Origin: an uncultured Thermotogae bacterium
Lineage (GTDB): Bacteria > Bipolaricaulota > Bipolaricaulia > UBA7950 > UBA9294
NCBI GenBank assembly: GCA_964523545.1
Contig: CAZFZM010000004.1
Coordinates: 395 to 64,394, forward strand
Length of the DNA: 64,000 nucleotides
Direction of reading: 5' to 3'
Both the position numbers and the translations under genes were made by a program. Numbering within the stretch: the first letter of the stretch is position 1; the number at the start of each line of letters is the position of its first letter. The notes below the pieces were generated by a model, which was not told where the DNA came from, did no database searches, and saw nothing but the letters and a program-made list of their open reading frames with translations. Below are positions 19,444 through 29,117 of this stretch, piece by piece.

Positions 19444-20385
19444 ATGAACATCGAGTTTATCGAAGCGCTTGAAGAGATGGCGAAGGAGAAAGGGATCCCG
19501 CGCGAGGATCTCTACGACGCGATTCGGAAGGGCCTGGCGGTCGCCTATCAGGAGGAGTACAACACCGAGGAGGACGTCGACGTCGAGATCGACGAGCACT
19601 CGGGCGACATCACCATCAAGGGAGAGCGGATCGAACTGTCGAAGTTCGGCCGAATCGCGACGAAGAAGGCCGAGGAGACGATTCGACAGGAGATCGTTCA
19701 GCGACGTCGGGAGATCATCTACAACCTTTACGTGAACCGCGTCGGGGAGCTCATCAGCGGGTCGATTCACCGCTTCGAGGGGAAGGACGTGTGGGTGAAC
19801 CTCGGGGAGGCGGAAGCGATCCTTCCGGACGCCGAGCGGATTCCCGGGGAGCGATACCACGCGGGGCAGAGGCTGCGATGCTACCTCGTCTCCGTCGAGG
19901 AGACGCAGGGCGATCCGCGGATCCTCCTCTCTCGTGCGGCGCCGGAGTTCGTCGAGCGGCTGCTCCGGCTGGAGGTTCCCGAGATCGACGAGGGGACACT
20001 CGTGATTCGGAAGATCGCGCGCGAGCCGGGCCGTCGGACGAAGGTGGCGGTCGAATCGCTCGATCGGAACGTCGATCCGGTCGGCACTTGCGTCGGTGCG
20101 GGCGGGGCGCGAGTCCGCGTCGTCACCCGCGAGCTGTCTGGCGAGAAGATCGACCTGATCCGCTGGAGCGACGATCTCGTTCAACTGATGAAGAATGGCC
20201 TCGAGCCGGCGTCCGTCCTATCGGTCGAGTTGGACGAGGAGAACCGAAAGGCGAAGGTCCTCGTCCCGGACGACGAGCTTTCTCTCGCCATCGGACGCGG
20301 AGGTCAAAACGTCCGCTTGACGGCGAAGCTCATCGGGTACGACGTGTCGGTGACGAGTCCATCCGAATCCGAGGAAGAGGCTTGA
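19444..20385 (+). CDS. nusA: transcription termination/antitermination factor NusA
   Basis: MNIEFIEALEEMAKEKGI..., an S1 domain (GELISGSIHRFEGKDVWVNLG), and KH domains (DPVGTCVGAGGARV, SLAIGRGGQNVRLTAKL). Confidence 0.92.
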   Translation: MNIEFIEALEEMAKEKGIPREDLYDAIRKGLAVAYQEEYNTEEDVDVEIDEHSGDITIKGERIELSKFGRIATKKAEETIRQEIVQRRREIIYNLYVNRVGELISGSIHRFEGKDVWVNLGEAEAILPDAERIPGERYHAGQRLRCYLVSVEETQGDPRILLSRAAPEFVERLLRLEVPEIDEGTLVIRKIAREPGRRTKVAVESLDRNVDPVGTCVGAGGARVRVVTRELSGEKIDLIRWSDDLVQLMKNGLEPASVLSVELDEENRKAKVLVPDDELSLAIGRGGQNVRLTAKLIGYDVSVTSPSESEEEA

Positions 20386-20404
20386 TCACGGTTCAATCGA
20401 GACG

Positions 20405-23209
20405 ATGAAACCCCTCAAGGAGCGGCTCCTCGGCGGTGTGTTCCGCATCGGCCGCTACTACGCGCTCTGGGTCCTCCTTGCGATGCTCGTGCTGACGGGC
20501 CTCGGAATCTACTACGCGCGCGACGTCCCGCTGCGCAGCTCGCTGTTCGACCTCCTGCCGGTGAACGACCCCCTCATCGAAGAGTACCGAGAGAACGAGC
20601 AGTACTTCGTCCCGAGCAACTTCGTCGGGCTCCTCCTCACGTTGACTGGGGAGGTGCCGGCGGATCAGCGGGAGGCGAAGCTCCTCGCTGCGGCGGAAGT
20701 CATCGCCGGTGAACTTCGCAAGGATCCCGAGTTCGTCGAGGTCAAGTATCTGCAGGACATCTCGCCGGACATCCCGGTTCAGTACGTACACCTGTTCAAG
20801 TTGACGCAAGAGGAGCTCGCGCAGATCGAAGAGAGCATCGAGCTCGCCCAGTCAACCGTAGCCGGCGGGAGCGACATCTCCGTTCTTCCGAGCACGACGC
20901 TCGGTGCGGTCTACTCGGGGGTGAGTCGGAGCTTCACAGAAGCGCTTTACGGCGGCGAACTCGGGGAGGGGGACGGACTCGCCTCCGCTGCAGTCGCGGC
21001 GCAAGTGGCCGACTTCGCCCTGCTCAACGACGGTGTGCTGCGAGCGATCGACGGCCTGCCTTCGTTGCCGGCGGTGACCACGGCGGTGCAGTCCCTGACG
21101 GAGCTGTTCGCGCCGACGGTCGACTCCGGTCCAAGGGCTCCAACGGCGCTTTTCTCGGACGACCGAACGCGTCTCCTGATCACGGCGCAGCCGCAGCACC
21201 CTTCGCAGCGCGGCGTCGAGTATTCGGAGCTCGTGACCGAGAAGGTAGGGGAGGCGATCGCGAGGGCCGACCCCGAGGCGCTCGGCGTGCGTGTCGGCGT
21301 CGCGGGTGCCTACGCCTTCAACGCGGAAACGAACGTTGTGGTCAATAGAGACATGCTGCGGACGACGATCATTTCGTCCGTCGGCGTCTTCGTCATCTTC
21401 TTGGTTGCGTTCGGTTCGTTCTTCTACTCCATCGTGGCCGTGATCCCGCTGCTCATGAGCGTCGTCTTGACGATGTGCTGGGCGAAGCTGGCGGTCGGCG
21501 GCTTCAATCTGGTCACCACCTTCCTCCCCGCGCTCGTGCTGGGGCTCGGGATCGACTACGCGATCCACATCGTCGCGCGATACTCCGAGGAGAGGGGCAA
21601 CGGCAAATCGTTGAACCGAGCGCTGCACGCAGCGATTCTGAGCAAAGGGGAGGCGTCGTTCTACGCGGCCCTAACGACGTCCCTCGTCTTCGTTGGGCTG
21701 CTGACGGGCCACTCGCGAGCGCTGTTCGAGATGGGCGTGATCAGTAGCGTTGGGGTGCTGATCGCTTTCTTCTCGACTTTGTTCCTGCTGCCTGCATTGA
21801 TCACGCTGTCGCACTTCCTGCTGCGCCGCCGACGCAAGGAGAACATCTCGACCTATTCCGCCCGACTGACCGGCCTGTTTCGCCACGTGACGGGACGCGG
21901 GCGTGCGATCTTCGTCATCGTGCTGGTGTTGACGTTCTTCGTGGCGTTCCAAGCGGCGCGTACGTCGTTCGTCTTCTCCGACTACGATCTGATCCCCGCG
22001 GTCGAATCCGACAAGGTGTTGGACGAGATCCTGGAGAGCATCGCGGTGCTCCCGGTCGGAATCGGGAGCTACTACACCTTCTTCGCCTCGACCGAGCAGG
22101 AGCTGCGCTCGCTCGTGGAGAACCTGCCCACCCACCCGATGGTCGAAACGGTCGACTCCGCCGCGAGTCTTCTCCCCGTCGACCTAACGGCGCAGCAACA
22201 GGTCCTCAACAACCTCGACCTCGACGCCTACGTTCGGCAGCTGGGCGCTCTGGAGGCGAGCCTCAGGGAGCGATCGGCGGCGCTGGCCGAGATCCGAACA
22301 TTGCTCGCCCAATTCGGACTGCTACAGTACGCCGCGTCGATGAGCGGTCAGGTGGATCTGACGATGGCGAGCAGCGCAGTCATCTCGCAGTTGCGGACGG
22401 TCCAGAGGGAACTCGGGGGGTTGGACGTCGATCAGGCGACAGCAGAGATCCGCGGATTGCAAACGGCGATCCTCGATCTCGATGTGAACCTCGAAGAGCT
22501 GCGCGACCTTCCGCCGGTCGAGACGCTCCTGCGCAACATCCTGCTCGCCTATCCCGAGGGCATTCGGACGCAATACCTCACGCCGGAGGGCGACTTCATT
22601 CTGCGCGTCCGGGTCAGTCAGGACATCTTCGAGGCCGACAACTTAGCGGGCTTCAACCGGTTCGCCGATTCGCTCTCCGACGACTACTTCGGGATGCCGC
22701 TTGTCATCCAGCAGTTGGAAGGCTACATGAAGAGGGACTTCTACCTGTCGACGCTGATCGCTGTGGTGCTCATCGTCCTGCTGCTGCGGATCAGCCTTCG
22801 TGGGTGGGTGCGGGCGCTGGTGGCAGGCGCGCCGCTCGTCCTCGGCTACATCTGGATGCTCGGCGGGATGCGCCTGCTGTCGATGGATTTCAACTTCCTT
22901 TCCATCACCATTTCTCCCCTGCTCATCGGGATCGGTGTCGACAACGGCATCCACATTCTCCATCGGACGATGGAGGAAAGACTCGTGAGGCCCGAGGGAG
23001 CGATCGAGCGAGGTGTGGGGACGACGGCCGTCGCCGTGATCGTCACCACGATGACAACGATGCTCGTCTTCGGAAGCCTGCTGATGGCGCGGACTCCAGG
23101 CCTGAGGATCCTCGGCGCATCGGCACTGCTCGGGATCGGCTTCGCTCTGCTGTTCAGCCTGCTCTTCCTGCCCGCCGCTCTCCGTGTTGAAGGCGGCAAG
23201 CGGGTATAA
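20405..23209 (+). CDS. RND-superfamily MMPL/HpnN-like exporter
   Basis: 934 aa with two 6-TM bundles (..GLGIDYAIHIV.., ..GIGVDNGIHILHR..) separated by large soluble loops. Confidence 0.85.
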   Translation: MKPLKERLLGGVFRIGRYYALWVLLAMLVLTGLGIYYARDVPLRSSLFDLLPVNDPLIEEYRENEQYFVPSNFVGLLLTLTGEVPADQREAKLLAAAEVIAGELRKDPEFVEVKYLQDISPDIPVQYVHLFKLTQEELAQIEESIELAQSTVAGGSDISVLPSTTLGAVYSGVSRSFTEALYGGELGEGDGLASAAVAAQVADFALLNDGVLRAIDGLPSLPAVTTAVQSLTELFAPTVDSGPRAPTALFSDDRTRLLITAQPQHPSQRGVEYSELVTEKVGEAIARADPEALGVRVGVAGAYAFNAETNVVVNRDMLRTTIISSVGVFVIFLVAFGSFFYSIVAVIPLLMSVVLTMCWAKLAVGGFNLVTTFLPALVLGLGIDYAIHIVARYSEERGNGKSLNRALHAAILSKGEASFYAALTTSLVFVGLLTGHSRALFEMGVISSVGVLIAFFSTLFLLPALITLSHFLLRRRRKENISTYSARLTGLFRHVTGRGRAIFVIVLVLTFFVAFQAARTSFVFSDYDLIPAVESDKVLDEILESIAVLPVGIGSYYTFFASTEQELRSLVENLPTHPMVETVDSAASLLPVDLTAQQQVLNNLDLDAYVRQLGALEASLRERSAALAEIRTLLAQFGLLQYAASMSGQVDLTMASSAVISQLRTVQRELGGLDVDQATAEIRGLQTAILDLDVNLEELRDLPPVETLLRNILLAYPEGIRTQYLTPEGDFILRVRVSQDIFEADNLAGFNRFADSLSDDYFGMPLVIQQLEGYMKRDFYLSTLIAVVLIVLLLRISLRGWVRALVAGAPLVLGYIWMLGGMRLLSMDFNFLSITISPLLIGIGVDNGIHILHRTMEERLVRPEGAIERGVGTTAVAVIVTTMTTMLVFGSLLMARTPGLRILGASALLGIGFALLFSLLFLPAALRVEGGKRV

Positions 23210-23247
23210 TGCGCGGCGGAATGGGTGTTAAAAGGGAGTGAAGAGCA

Positions 23248-24756
23248 TTGATCGAATACATCGGATGGGGGATGAGTCTCCTCGCTGCGGTCGCGGTGGG
23301 GCTTCTGATCGGTAGTATCCCGCGAAAACGGAAAGAAGCGGAGATCCTCGCGGCCGCCCGGGAGGAAGCGGAACAAACCAAGAAAGAAACGCTCCTTGAA
23401 GCACGCCAGGAGGTCCAAGAGCTTCGCGAGGAGGTCGAGGAGCGCGCGAAGCGCCGCGAGGAGGAGATCACTCGAGCGGAGGAGCGGATCCTCAAGCGTG
23501 AGGATCGACTGAGCCAGAAGTCGACCTACCTGGAGAAAATCGAGGACTCCCTCCGAGAGGACGAGGAGGAGTTGGTCAAGCTCAAGGAAGAGGGCGCGAA
23601 GCTCCTCGAGGACAGCAAGGCACAGATGGAGAGGATGGCCGGCTGGACGAGGAAAGAGGCCCAGGATCACCTCCTCAAGGTCATCGAGACGGAGTCTCAG
23701 CGATTCTTCTCACGGAAGATCGAGGAGAACGAGCGCCGCGCGAAGGAGGACGCCGAGCAGCGTGCCGCCCACGTCATCGCCACGGCGGTTCAGCGCTACG
23801 CCGCGGAATACGTGGAAGAGAACACGGTCAGCTCCGTCCCGCTTCCGTCCGAGGAGTTCAAAGGGCGGATCATCGGGCGCGAAGGGCGCAACATCAAGAC
23901 GTTCGAAGCGCTGACCGGCGTCGAGCTCCTCGTGGACGACACGCCGGAGATGGTCGTCCTTTCGTGCTTTCATCCGATGCGGCGCGAAGTGGCGCGGATC
24001 GCACTCACCCGGCTGATTGAAGACGGACGAATCCACCCGGCGCAGATCGAGGAGAAGGTCCAGCGCGCGCAAGGGCGTTTGGCCGAGCGCATCAAGGAGG
24101 AAGGGAGGAAGGCCGCGTTCGATCTCGGGATCGAGCTCCATCCGGAGCTGGCGGCCCTCCTCGGACGGCTTCGCTATCGGACGAGCTACGGGCAGAATCA
24201 GCTGGCCCACTCGATGGAAGTCAGCGGGATCGCGAAGGTCCTCGCCGACGAGGTCGGGGCGGACGCGAACCAAGCCGTGCGCGCCGGATTGCTGCACGAC
24301 ATCGGCAAGGCCGTCGATCATGAGGTCGACGGTCCCCACGCGCTGATCAGCGCCGACCTGGCCCGTCGATACGGTGAGGGGCGAGTCGTCGTGCAGGCGA
24401 TCGCTGCACACCATGAGGACGTGGAGCCAACGAGTGTTCTCGACGTCCTGATTCAGGCCGCGGACACGCTTTCGGCGGCGAGACCCGGCGCCCGCCAGGA
24501 GACCTACGAACGATACGTCCAGCGGCTCCACGACCTGGAGGATCTCTGTCGATCGTTCCCTGCGGTTCAAGAGGCTTACGCCCTTCAAGCCGGGAGAGAG
24601 GTCCGTGTCATGGTGCATCCGGATCGTGCGAGCGACGACATCTCGGCAAAGCTGGCGTACGACATCGCGAGAGCGATCGAGGAGGAACTCAACTACCCCG
24701 GCGAGATCAAGGTGAACGTCATCCGGCAGACCCAGTTCACCGAGAGCGCGAAATAG
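23248..24756 (+). CDS. rny: ribonuclease Y
   Basis: N-terminal TM helix, a Glu/Lys coiled coil, KH (GRIIGREGRNIKTFEALTGV) and HD (LLHDIGKAVDHE). Alternative start at ATG 23272. Confidence 0.95.
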   Translation: MIEYIGWGMSLLAAVAVGLLIGSIPRKRKEAEILAAAREEAEQTKKETLLEARQEVQELREEVEERAKRREEEITRAEERILKREDRLSQKSTYLEKIEDSLREDEEELVKLKEEGAKLLEDSKAQMERMAGWTRKEAQDHLLKVIETESQRFFSRKIEENERRAKEDAEQRAAHVIATAVQRYAAEYVEENTVSSVPLPSEEFKGRIIGREGRNIKTFEALTGVELLVDDTPEMVVLSCFHPMRREVARIALTRLIEDGRIHPAQIEEKVQRAQGRLAERIKEEGRKAAFDLGIELHPELAALLGRLRYRTSYGQNQLAHSMEVSGIAKVLADEVGADANQAVRAGLLHDIGKAVDHEVDGPHALISADLARRYGEGRVVVQAIAAHHEDVEPTSVLDVLIQAADTLSAARPGARQETYERYVQRLHDLEDLCRSFPAVQEAYALQAGREVRVMVHPDRASDDISAKLAYDIARAIEEELNYPGEIKVNVIRQTQFTESAK

Positions 24757-24768
24757 GTGGTCGAAAGA

Positions 24769-25092
24769 GTGCAGACATTGAAGGTATCGTCCGACTCGGA
24801 TCCGGGAGCGACGGCCGGGGCCATCGCCAACGGCATTCGTGAGTGCGGGACCGCCGAGATCCAAGTGATCGGTCCGCGCGCGGTCAACCAAGCGGTGAAG
24901 GCGATCGCGATTGCGCGTGGGTACCTTGCCGCCAGTGCGGTGGACCTCTACTGCGTTCCGAGCTTCACGACCATCGTGGTGGTGGGGGCGGAGGGCGATC
25001 AGGAGAAGACGGCGATCCACTTCTCCGTGCGGACCCGTCACGGGGTTTACGGGGTGGAGCCACCGAAGCCGGAAATCCCCTCCGAGTTCTGA
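24769..25092 (+). CDS. spoVS: SpoVS-family protein
   Basis: LKVSSDSDPGATAGAIANGIRECGTAEIQVIGPRAVNQAVKAIAIARGYL...DLYCVPSF aligns with B. subtilis SpoVS from memory. AGGTGG lies 8 nt before GTG 24769. There is a C-terminal extension of about 20 aa. Confidence 0.85.
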   Translation: MQTLKVSSDSDPGATAGAIANGIRECGTAEIQVIGPRAVNQAVKAIAIARGYLAASAVDLYCVPSFTTIVVVGAEGDQEKTAIHFSVRTRHGVYGVEPPKPEIPSEF

Positions 25093-25182
25093 TTCGGGGA
25101 GCCGAACGGCTTGTCCGTCTCCCACCGGGGCGGTACCATTCGCCGAAAAACCAATACGTATCCAAGGGAGTGACCGACTGCG

Positions 25183-27804
25183 ATGCCTGGATTCCTGAAA
25201 CGTCATCAGAAGAAGATCATCTGGATTGTTGTCCTCTCGTTCTTCGTCGGGGGAGTGGGGCTTGTTTCGCTCAACCAGGCAGGCGTCTTCCGGAGCACTT
25301 CCGCGGCCGATACCGGGCCGGTGTACGCGATCTCCGTGAACGGGGAGGAGATCTCCACGGAAACGGCCGCGACCGCCTTCACGAACCTCGTCAACCAGTA
25401 CTACGCCTACTACCAGCAGGCCGGTCAGGACCCCAACGAGATCTTCGCGGGCGCCAACGGCGCGCTGGCGTTGCTGCAATTCCAGGCGGACACGTTCCAG
25501 AGCCTCATCCGGCAGGCCCTCTACGGTCAGGCAGCGGAGGAGCGGCGCATTCGCGTCGATCGCCGGGATCTCGATGCCGCCTACGCGGCGGAATACAACA
25601 ACCTACTGGAGAGAAACGGAATCGACGAGGAGACGCTGGCGAACTACCTCGCCAGCCAGGGTCGAACCCTTTCGGGGTTCCAGCAGTCTTTGAGAAGTGA
25701 AATCGAGGCGCAGCTGAGGAACGAGGCCCTCCGCGAGATGATCGTCGGGGCCGTCGTGCCGACGGACGACGAACTCCTCGCCTACTTCGAAGCGAACATC
25801 ACGCGATACGACGTCGAGGAGCAGGTCCGCGCGTCGCACATCCTCGTCGCCGACGAGGAAACCGCGTCGGAGGTTCGCGAACTGCTCCTCGCCGGCAGGG
25901 ACTTCGGGGAGCTGGCGAGTCGATACTCCACGGACGAAGGCACCAAGGACGACGGTGGCGATCTGGATTGGTTCGGTCGAGGCCGGATGGTCCCGGAGTT
26001 CGAAGAGGCCGCGTTTGCCCTCGACGTCGGTGAAATCTCCGAACCGGTGGAAACGGAGTACGGCTATCACATCATCAAGGTGACCGATCGCCGGGAGGCG
26101 CACACTCCGACGCTCGATGAAGTGAAGGACACGGTTCGGGACGACTACATCGCCGAGGAGGGAGCGCAGCGGTTTTCGGACTGGTACGACGGGTTCCACG
26201 CGTCGAGCGACATCGAGATCACCTTCCCGCTCGTGAACGCGTACATCCTCCAGCAGGAAGACCTCGAGGCGGGGCTCGCCGAGTTCGAGCGCATCCAAGA
26301 GACCGGAGAGGCCAACGACCCGTACCTACCCTACTACATCGGCCGGATCAACGAGACGTTGGCGGTGCGAAAGGCCGGGGAGCGGGCCGATCTCGAGGAA
26401 CTTGAAGAGCCGACCGAAGAAGATCTGGCGCGGATCGACGAGCTACAGCAGGAGCAGAAGGAGTACGAGGACACGGCCCTCTCGTACTACCTGCAAGCGC
26501 TGGAAGAAGTCGACGCCGACGAGAAGTTCGTCAACCGCGTCCTGACCCTCGATCCGGACAGCGCATCGGCGCGATACCTCCTCGGGAAGCTCCTGATGGA
26601 GCGGGGAGACGTCATCGGCGCGGAGGACCAGTTCCAGGAGGTCATCTACAAGACCCCCGATTACGTTCCGGCGTACATCGCATCCGGCGATCTGGCGCTT
26701 CGACAGGGAGCGGCGCTCCAGGCGACGCAGCGCTACGAGCAGGCGCTCGCGCTCCGCCCGGAGGACATCACGATCATGACGAAGCTGGTCTCGGCGTACT
26801 TAGCGGTCGGCTACCTCGGCGAAGCGGAGGAGACGCTGAGGAAGATCGCGCAGATCGATCCCGGGAACTTGAAGATGCAGATCGCCGAGGGCGACGTCGC
26901 CCAAGCGCGGCTCGAGGACGTGGTCGAGGAGCGAGACGAGCTTCTCGCGCTCGAAGAGAGGACCCCCGAAGACGAGGCGAGGCTGGCCGAGCTGGCCTCG
27001 CAGATCGAAGGCTACGCCGAGACGGCGATCAACCGCTTCGAGAAGGGGCTTCAGAGCGGTGGTTCGCTCGACCTCACGGTGAAGCTGGGGCAGGTCTACC
27101 TCCTCGTCGGGCGGCTCGATGACGCGGAAGAGGAGTTCCGGCGCGTGATGGTCCAATCCCCGTATCGCGTCGAGGCCTACACCGGGCTCGCGGAGGTGCT
27201 CGCCTTGCGGGGTGACGTCGACGGTGCGGTTGAGAACCTGCAGTCGGCCTACTCGCGGTCGCTCGATGATCGGGAGAGGGAAGAGATCACGAAGCGGATC
27301 CTCGATTTCACCCCGGAGGACGTCACGACGCGCCTCCGTCTGGCGCAGGCGCTCGGCGAGCAGTACAAGTGGACCGCGGCGGCCAGGGAATACGCCGCAG
27401 TCCTCGACGTACAGCCGGACTCGATCGAAGCGTACCTCGGGATCGCCGAGGCGTATCGCTGGAAAAACGAGCCGGAGGCTGCGATCGAGTATCTTCAGCG
27501 CGGTCTGCCGTACGCGCAGTACGAATCGGACAAAGTCGCACTCTACGAGGAGCTTCTCGTCGCGGTTCAAGCGGAGGTCGGGGCCGCCCGACCGTTCACG
27601 CCGGTGGGGCAGGACGCCCGAATCGAGCTGGCGAAGGTCTACCTCGATCAGGGGAAGACCGAGAAGGCGGCCGAGCAGCTGGAGGCGGTCCGAAAGGACG
27701 ACCCCGACTACCGAGCCGACGAGGTCCTCGCCCTGTTGATCGAGGCGGGGGTTGAAGAGGTCCCCGTAGACGAGAACGCGGACGCGATTCCGGATGGGGA
27801 GTAG
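25183..27804 (+). CDS. membrane-anchored parvulin-type peptidyl-prolyl isomerase fused to a long TPR region (PpiD/PrsA-like)
   Basis: N-terminal TM helix. Rotamase domain ASHILV...DGGDLDWFGRGRMVPEFEEAAF...EYGYHIIKV. About 500 aa of TPR-like repeats follow. Confidence 0.85.
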   Translation: MPGFLKRHQKKIIWIVVLSFFVGGVGLVSLNQAGVFRSTSAADTGPVYAISVNGEEISTETAATAFTNLVNQYYAYYQQAGQDPNEIFAGANGALALLQFQADTFQSLIRQALYGQAAEERRIRVDRRDLDAAYAAEYNNLLERNGIDEETLANYLASQGRTLSGFQQSLRSEIEAQLRNEALREMIVGAVVPTDDELLAYFEANITRYDVEEQVRASHILVADEETASEVRELLLAGRDFGELASRYSTDEGTKDDGGDLDWFGRGRMVPEFEEAAFALDVGEISEPVETEYGYHIIKVTDRREAHTPTLDEVKDTVRDDYIAEEGAQRFSDWYDGFHASSDIEITFPLVNAYILQQEDLEAGLAEFERIQETGEANDPYLPYYIGRINETLAVRKAGERADLEELEEPTEEDLARIDELQQEQKEYEDTALSYYLQALEEVDADEKFVNRVLTLDPDSASARYLLGKLLMERGDVIGAEDQFQEVIYKTPDYVPAYIASGDLALRQGAALQATQRYEQALALRPEDITIMTKLVSAYLAVGYLGEAEETLRKIAQIDPGNLKMQIAEGDVAQARLEDVVEERDELLALEERTPEDEARLAELASQIEGYAETAINRFEKGLQSGGSLDLTVKLGQVYLLVGRLDDAEEEFRRVMVQSPYRVEAYTGLAEVLALRGDVDGAVENLQSAYSRSLDDREREEITKRILDFTPEDVTTRLRLAQALGEQYKWTAAAREYAAVLDVQPDSIEAYLGIAEAYRWKNEPEAAIEYLQRGLPYAQYESDKVALYEELLVAVQAEVGAARPFTPVGQDARIELAKVYLDQGKTEKAAEQLEAVRKDDPDYRADEVLALLIEAGVEEVPVDENADAIPDGE

Positions 27805-28390
27805 GCCCTTCTCCGATCTCGTTGACCTGATCGCCCGACTGCGCGATCCGGAGGAAGGGTGTCCGTGGGATCGCGCGCAGGATCACCGATCGCTTCGCCC
27901 GTACATGCTCGAAGAAGCGCACGAGCTGATCGCGGCCATCGACTCGGAAGACGACGCACTGATCGCCGACGAGCTCGGCGATGTCCTTCTCCAAGTCGTC
28001 TTGCATAGCCAGATCGCCTCCGAGCGTGGAGCGTTCACGATCGCAGACGTCATCAAGACGCTTGCCGAAAAGCTCGAACGCCGGCACCCTCACGTTTTCG
28101 GCGAGGCATCCGACGACCTCCCCTCGATATCGAGGCGCTGGCGTGAGATCAAGGAGGATGAGGGGCGCCCGCGGACCGCGCAGCCGATCCTCGTGCGGGC
28201 GAAGAGGATCCTTTACTCACTCGACATCGAGGGGAAGACAAACGCTCTCCAAGACACGCCGGCGGCATCGTCGGATGAGGAGCAAGCCGGGATTCGAGTC
28301 CTCGCCGAAATCCTGAGGGTCATGCGAAGCGGTTTCGATCCCGAGATCGCTATCTTGAGGGGTGTCGAGCGCCTCGAGAAGCAGGCGTGA
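27794..28390 (+). CDS. mazG: MazG-family nucleoside triphosphate pyrophosphohydrolase
   Basis: GCPWDRAQDHRSLRPYMLEEAHELIAAI...ELGDVLLQVVLHSQIA...KLERRHPHVFG. Confidence 0.85.
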   Translation: MGSRPFSDLVDLIARLRDPEEGCPWDRAQDHRSLRPYMLEEAHELIAAIDSEDDALIADELGDVLLQVVLHSQIASERGAFTIADVIKTLAEKLERRHPHVFGEASDDLPSISRRWREIKEDEGRPRTAQPILVRAKRILYSLDIEGKTNALQDTPAASSDEEQAGIRVLAEILRVMRSGFDPEIAILRGVERLEKQA

Positions 28391-28647
28391 TGGACGCCAT
28401 CGTCTACTGGATCGGCACGACCGAGGAGGAGATTCACTTCCTCGACGCGATCGTCAGCGCGTACGACGGACTCGCTTCGGTCCGCCGTGAGTATCGGCTT
28501 CGAGACGGCGAGACGCAGTACAAGGTCTACGTCTCTCCGGGGATGGAGGACGAGTTTCTCGAGCTGATGGCGCGGCTCCGGAAGAGGGCGAAGATCGGAA
28601 CGTTGACCCGGGAGGATGACGGCGATGCGCCTTCTTCGATCGGCTGA
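28390..28647 (+). CDS. small hypothetical protein (DUF4911-like by recollection)
   Basis: 85 aa. The start overlaps the mazG stop and the end overlaps the yqeG-like gene, which indicates operon coupling. The family name is tentative. Confidence 0.5.
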   Translation: MDAIVYWIGTTEEEIHFLDAIVSAYDGLASVRREYRLRDGETQYKVYVSPGMEDEFLELMARLRKRAKIGTLTREDDGDAPSSIG

Positions 28648-29062
28648 GACGACGACGACGATCTTCGACGTCGACTACGACCGGCTTCACGCTGCAGGGA
28701 AGCGGGCCCTCCTCTTCGATTTGGACAACACCCTCGGCAGGCGCGGGATGGAGCGATTGCCGGAGCGGATCCTCGACTTCCTTCTTTCGCTCAGGGAACG
28801 GGGCTTTCGAGTCGGCGTTCTGACGAACCGGAGGCGGAACGCCGAGGATCCGGCCGTCCGCACGCTGAGGGCACACGTCCCCGTCGTCCATGCGGCGGGG
28901 AAGCCGGCCCGGCGCGGCTTCCTCGAACTTCTCGATGCGCTCGGTGCGACACCTGAAGACGCCGTCATGATCGGCGATCGCCGGTTGACCGACGTCCTCG
29001 GCGCCAACCGGCTTGGGATCCACTCGATCCGAGTACGCAGACATACGCTACAGCGAGGCTGA
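28616..29062 (+). CDS. YqeG-family HAD-IIIA phosphatase
   Basis: LLFDLDNTL (HAD motif I), VGVLTN, GKP..R, MIGDRRLTDVLGANRLG. Alternative start at ATG 28625. Confidence 0.8.
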   Translation: MTAMRLLRSAETTTTIFDVDYDRLHAAGKRALLFDLDNTLGRRGMERLPERILDFLLSLRERGFRVGVLTNRRRNAEDPAVRTLRAHVPVVHAAGKPARRGFLELLDALGATPEDAVMIGDRRLTDVLGANRLGIHSIRVRRHTLQRG

Positions 29063-29117
29063 CACCTCAAGAGCGAAACAGAGGATTCCCGTTGACTACC
29101 TGAGCTCGCCTACTGCA

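Noticed and set aside
23710-25479. 589-aa minus-strand ORF antisense to rny, spoVS and the PPIase gene
   Set aside because: A shadow ORF: the opposite-strand genes have clear family signatures.
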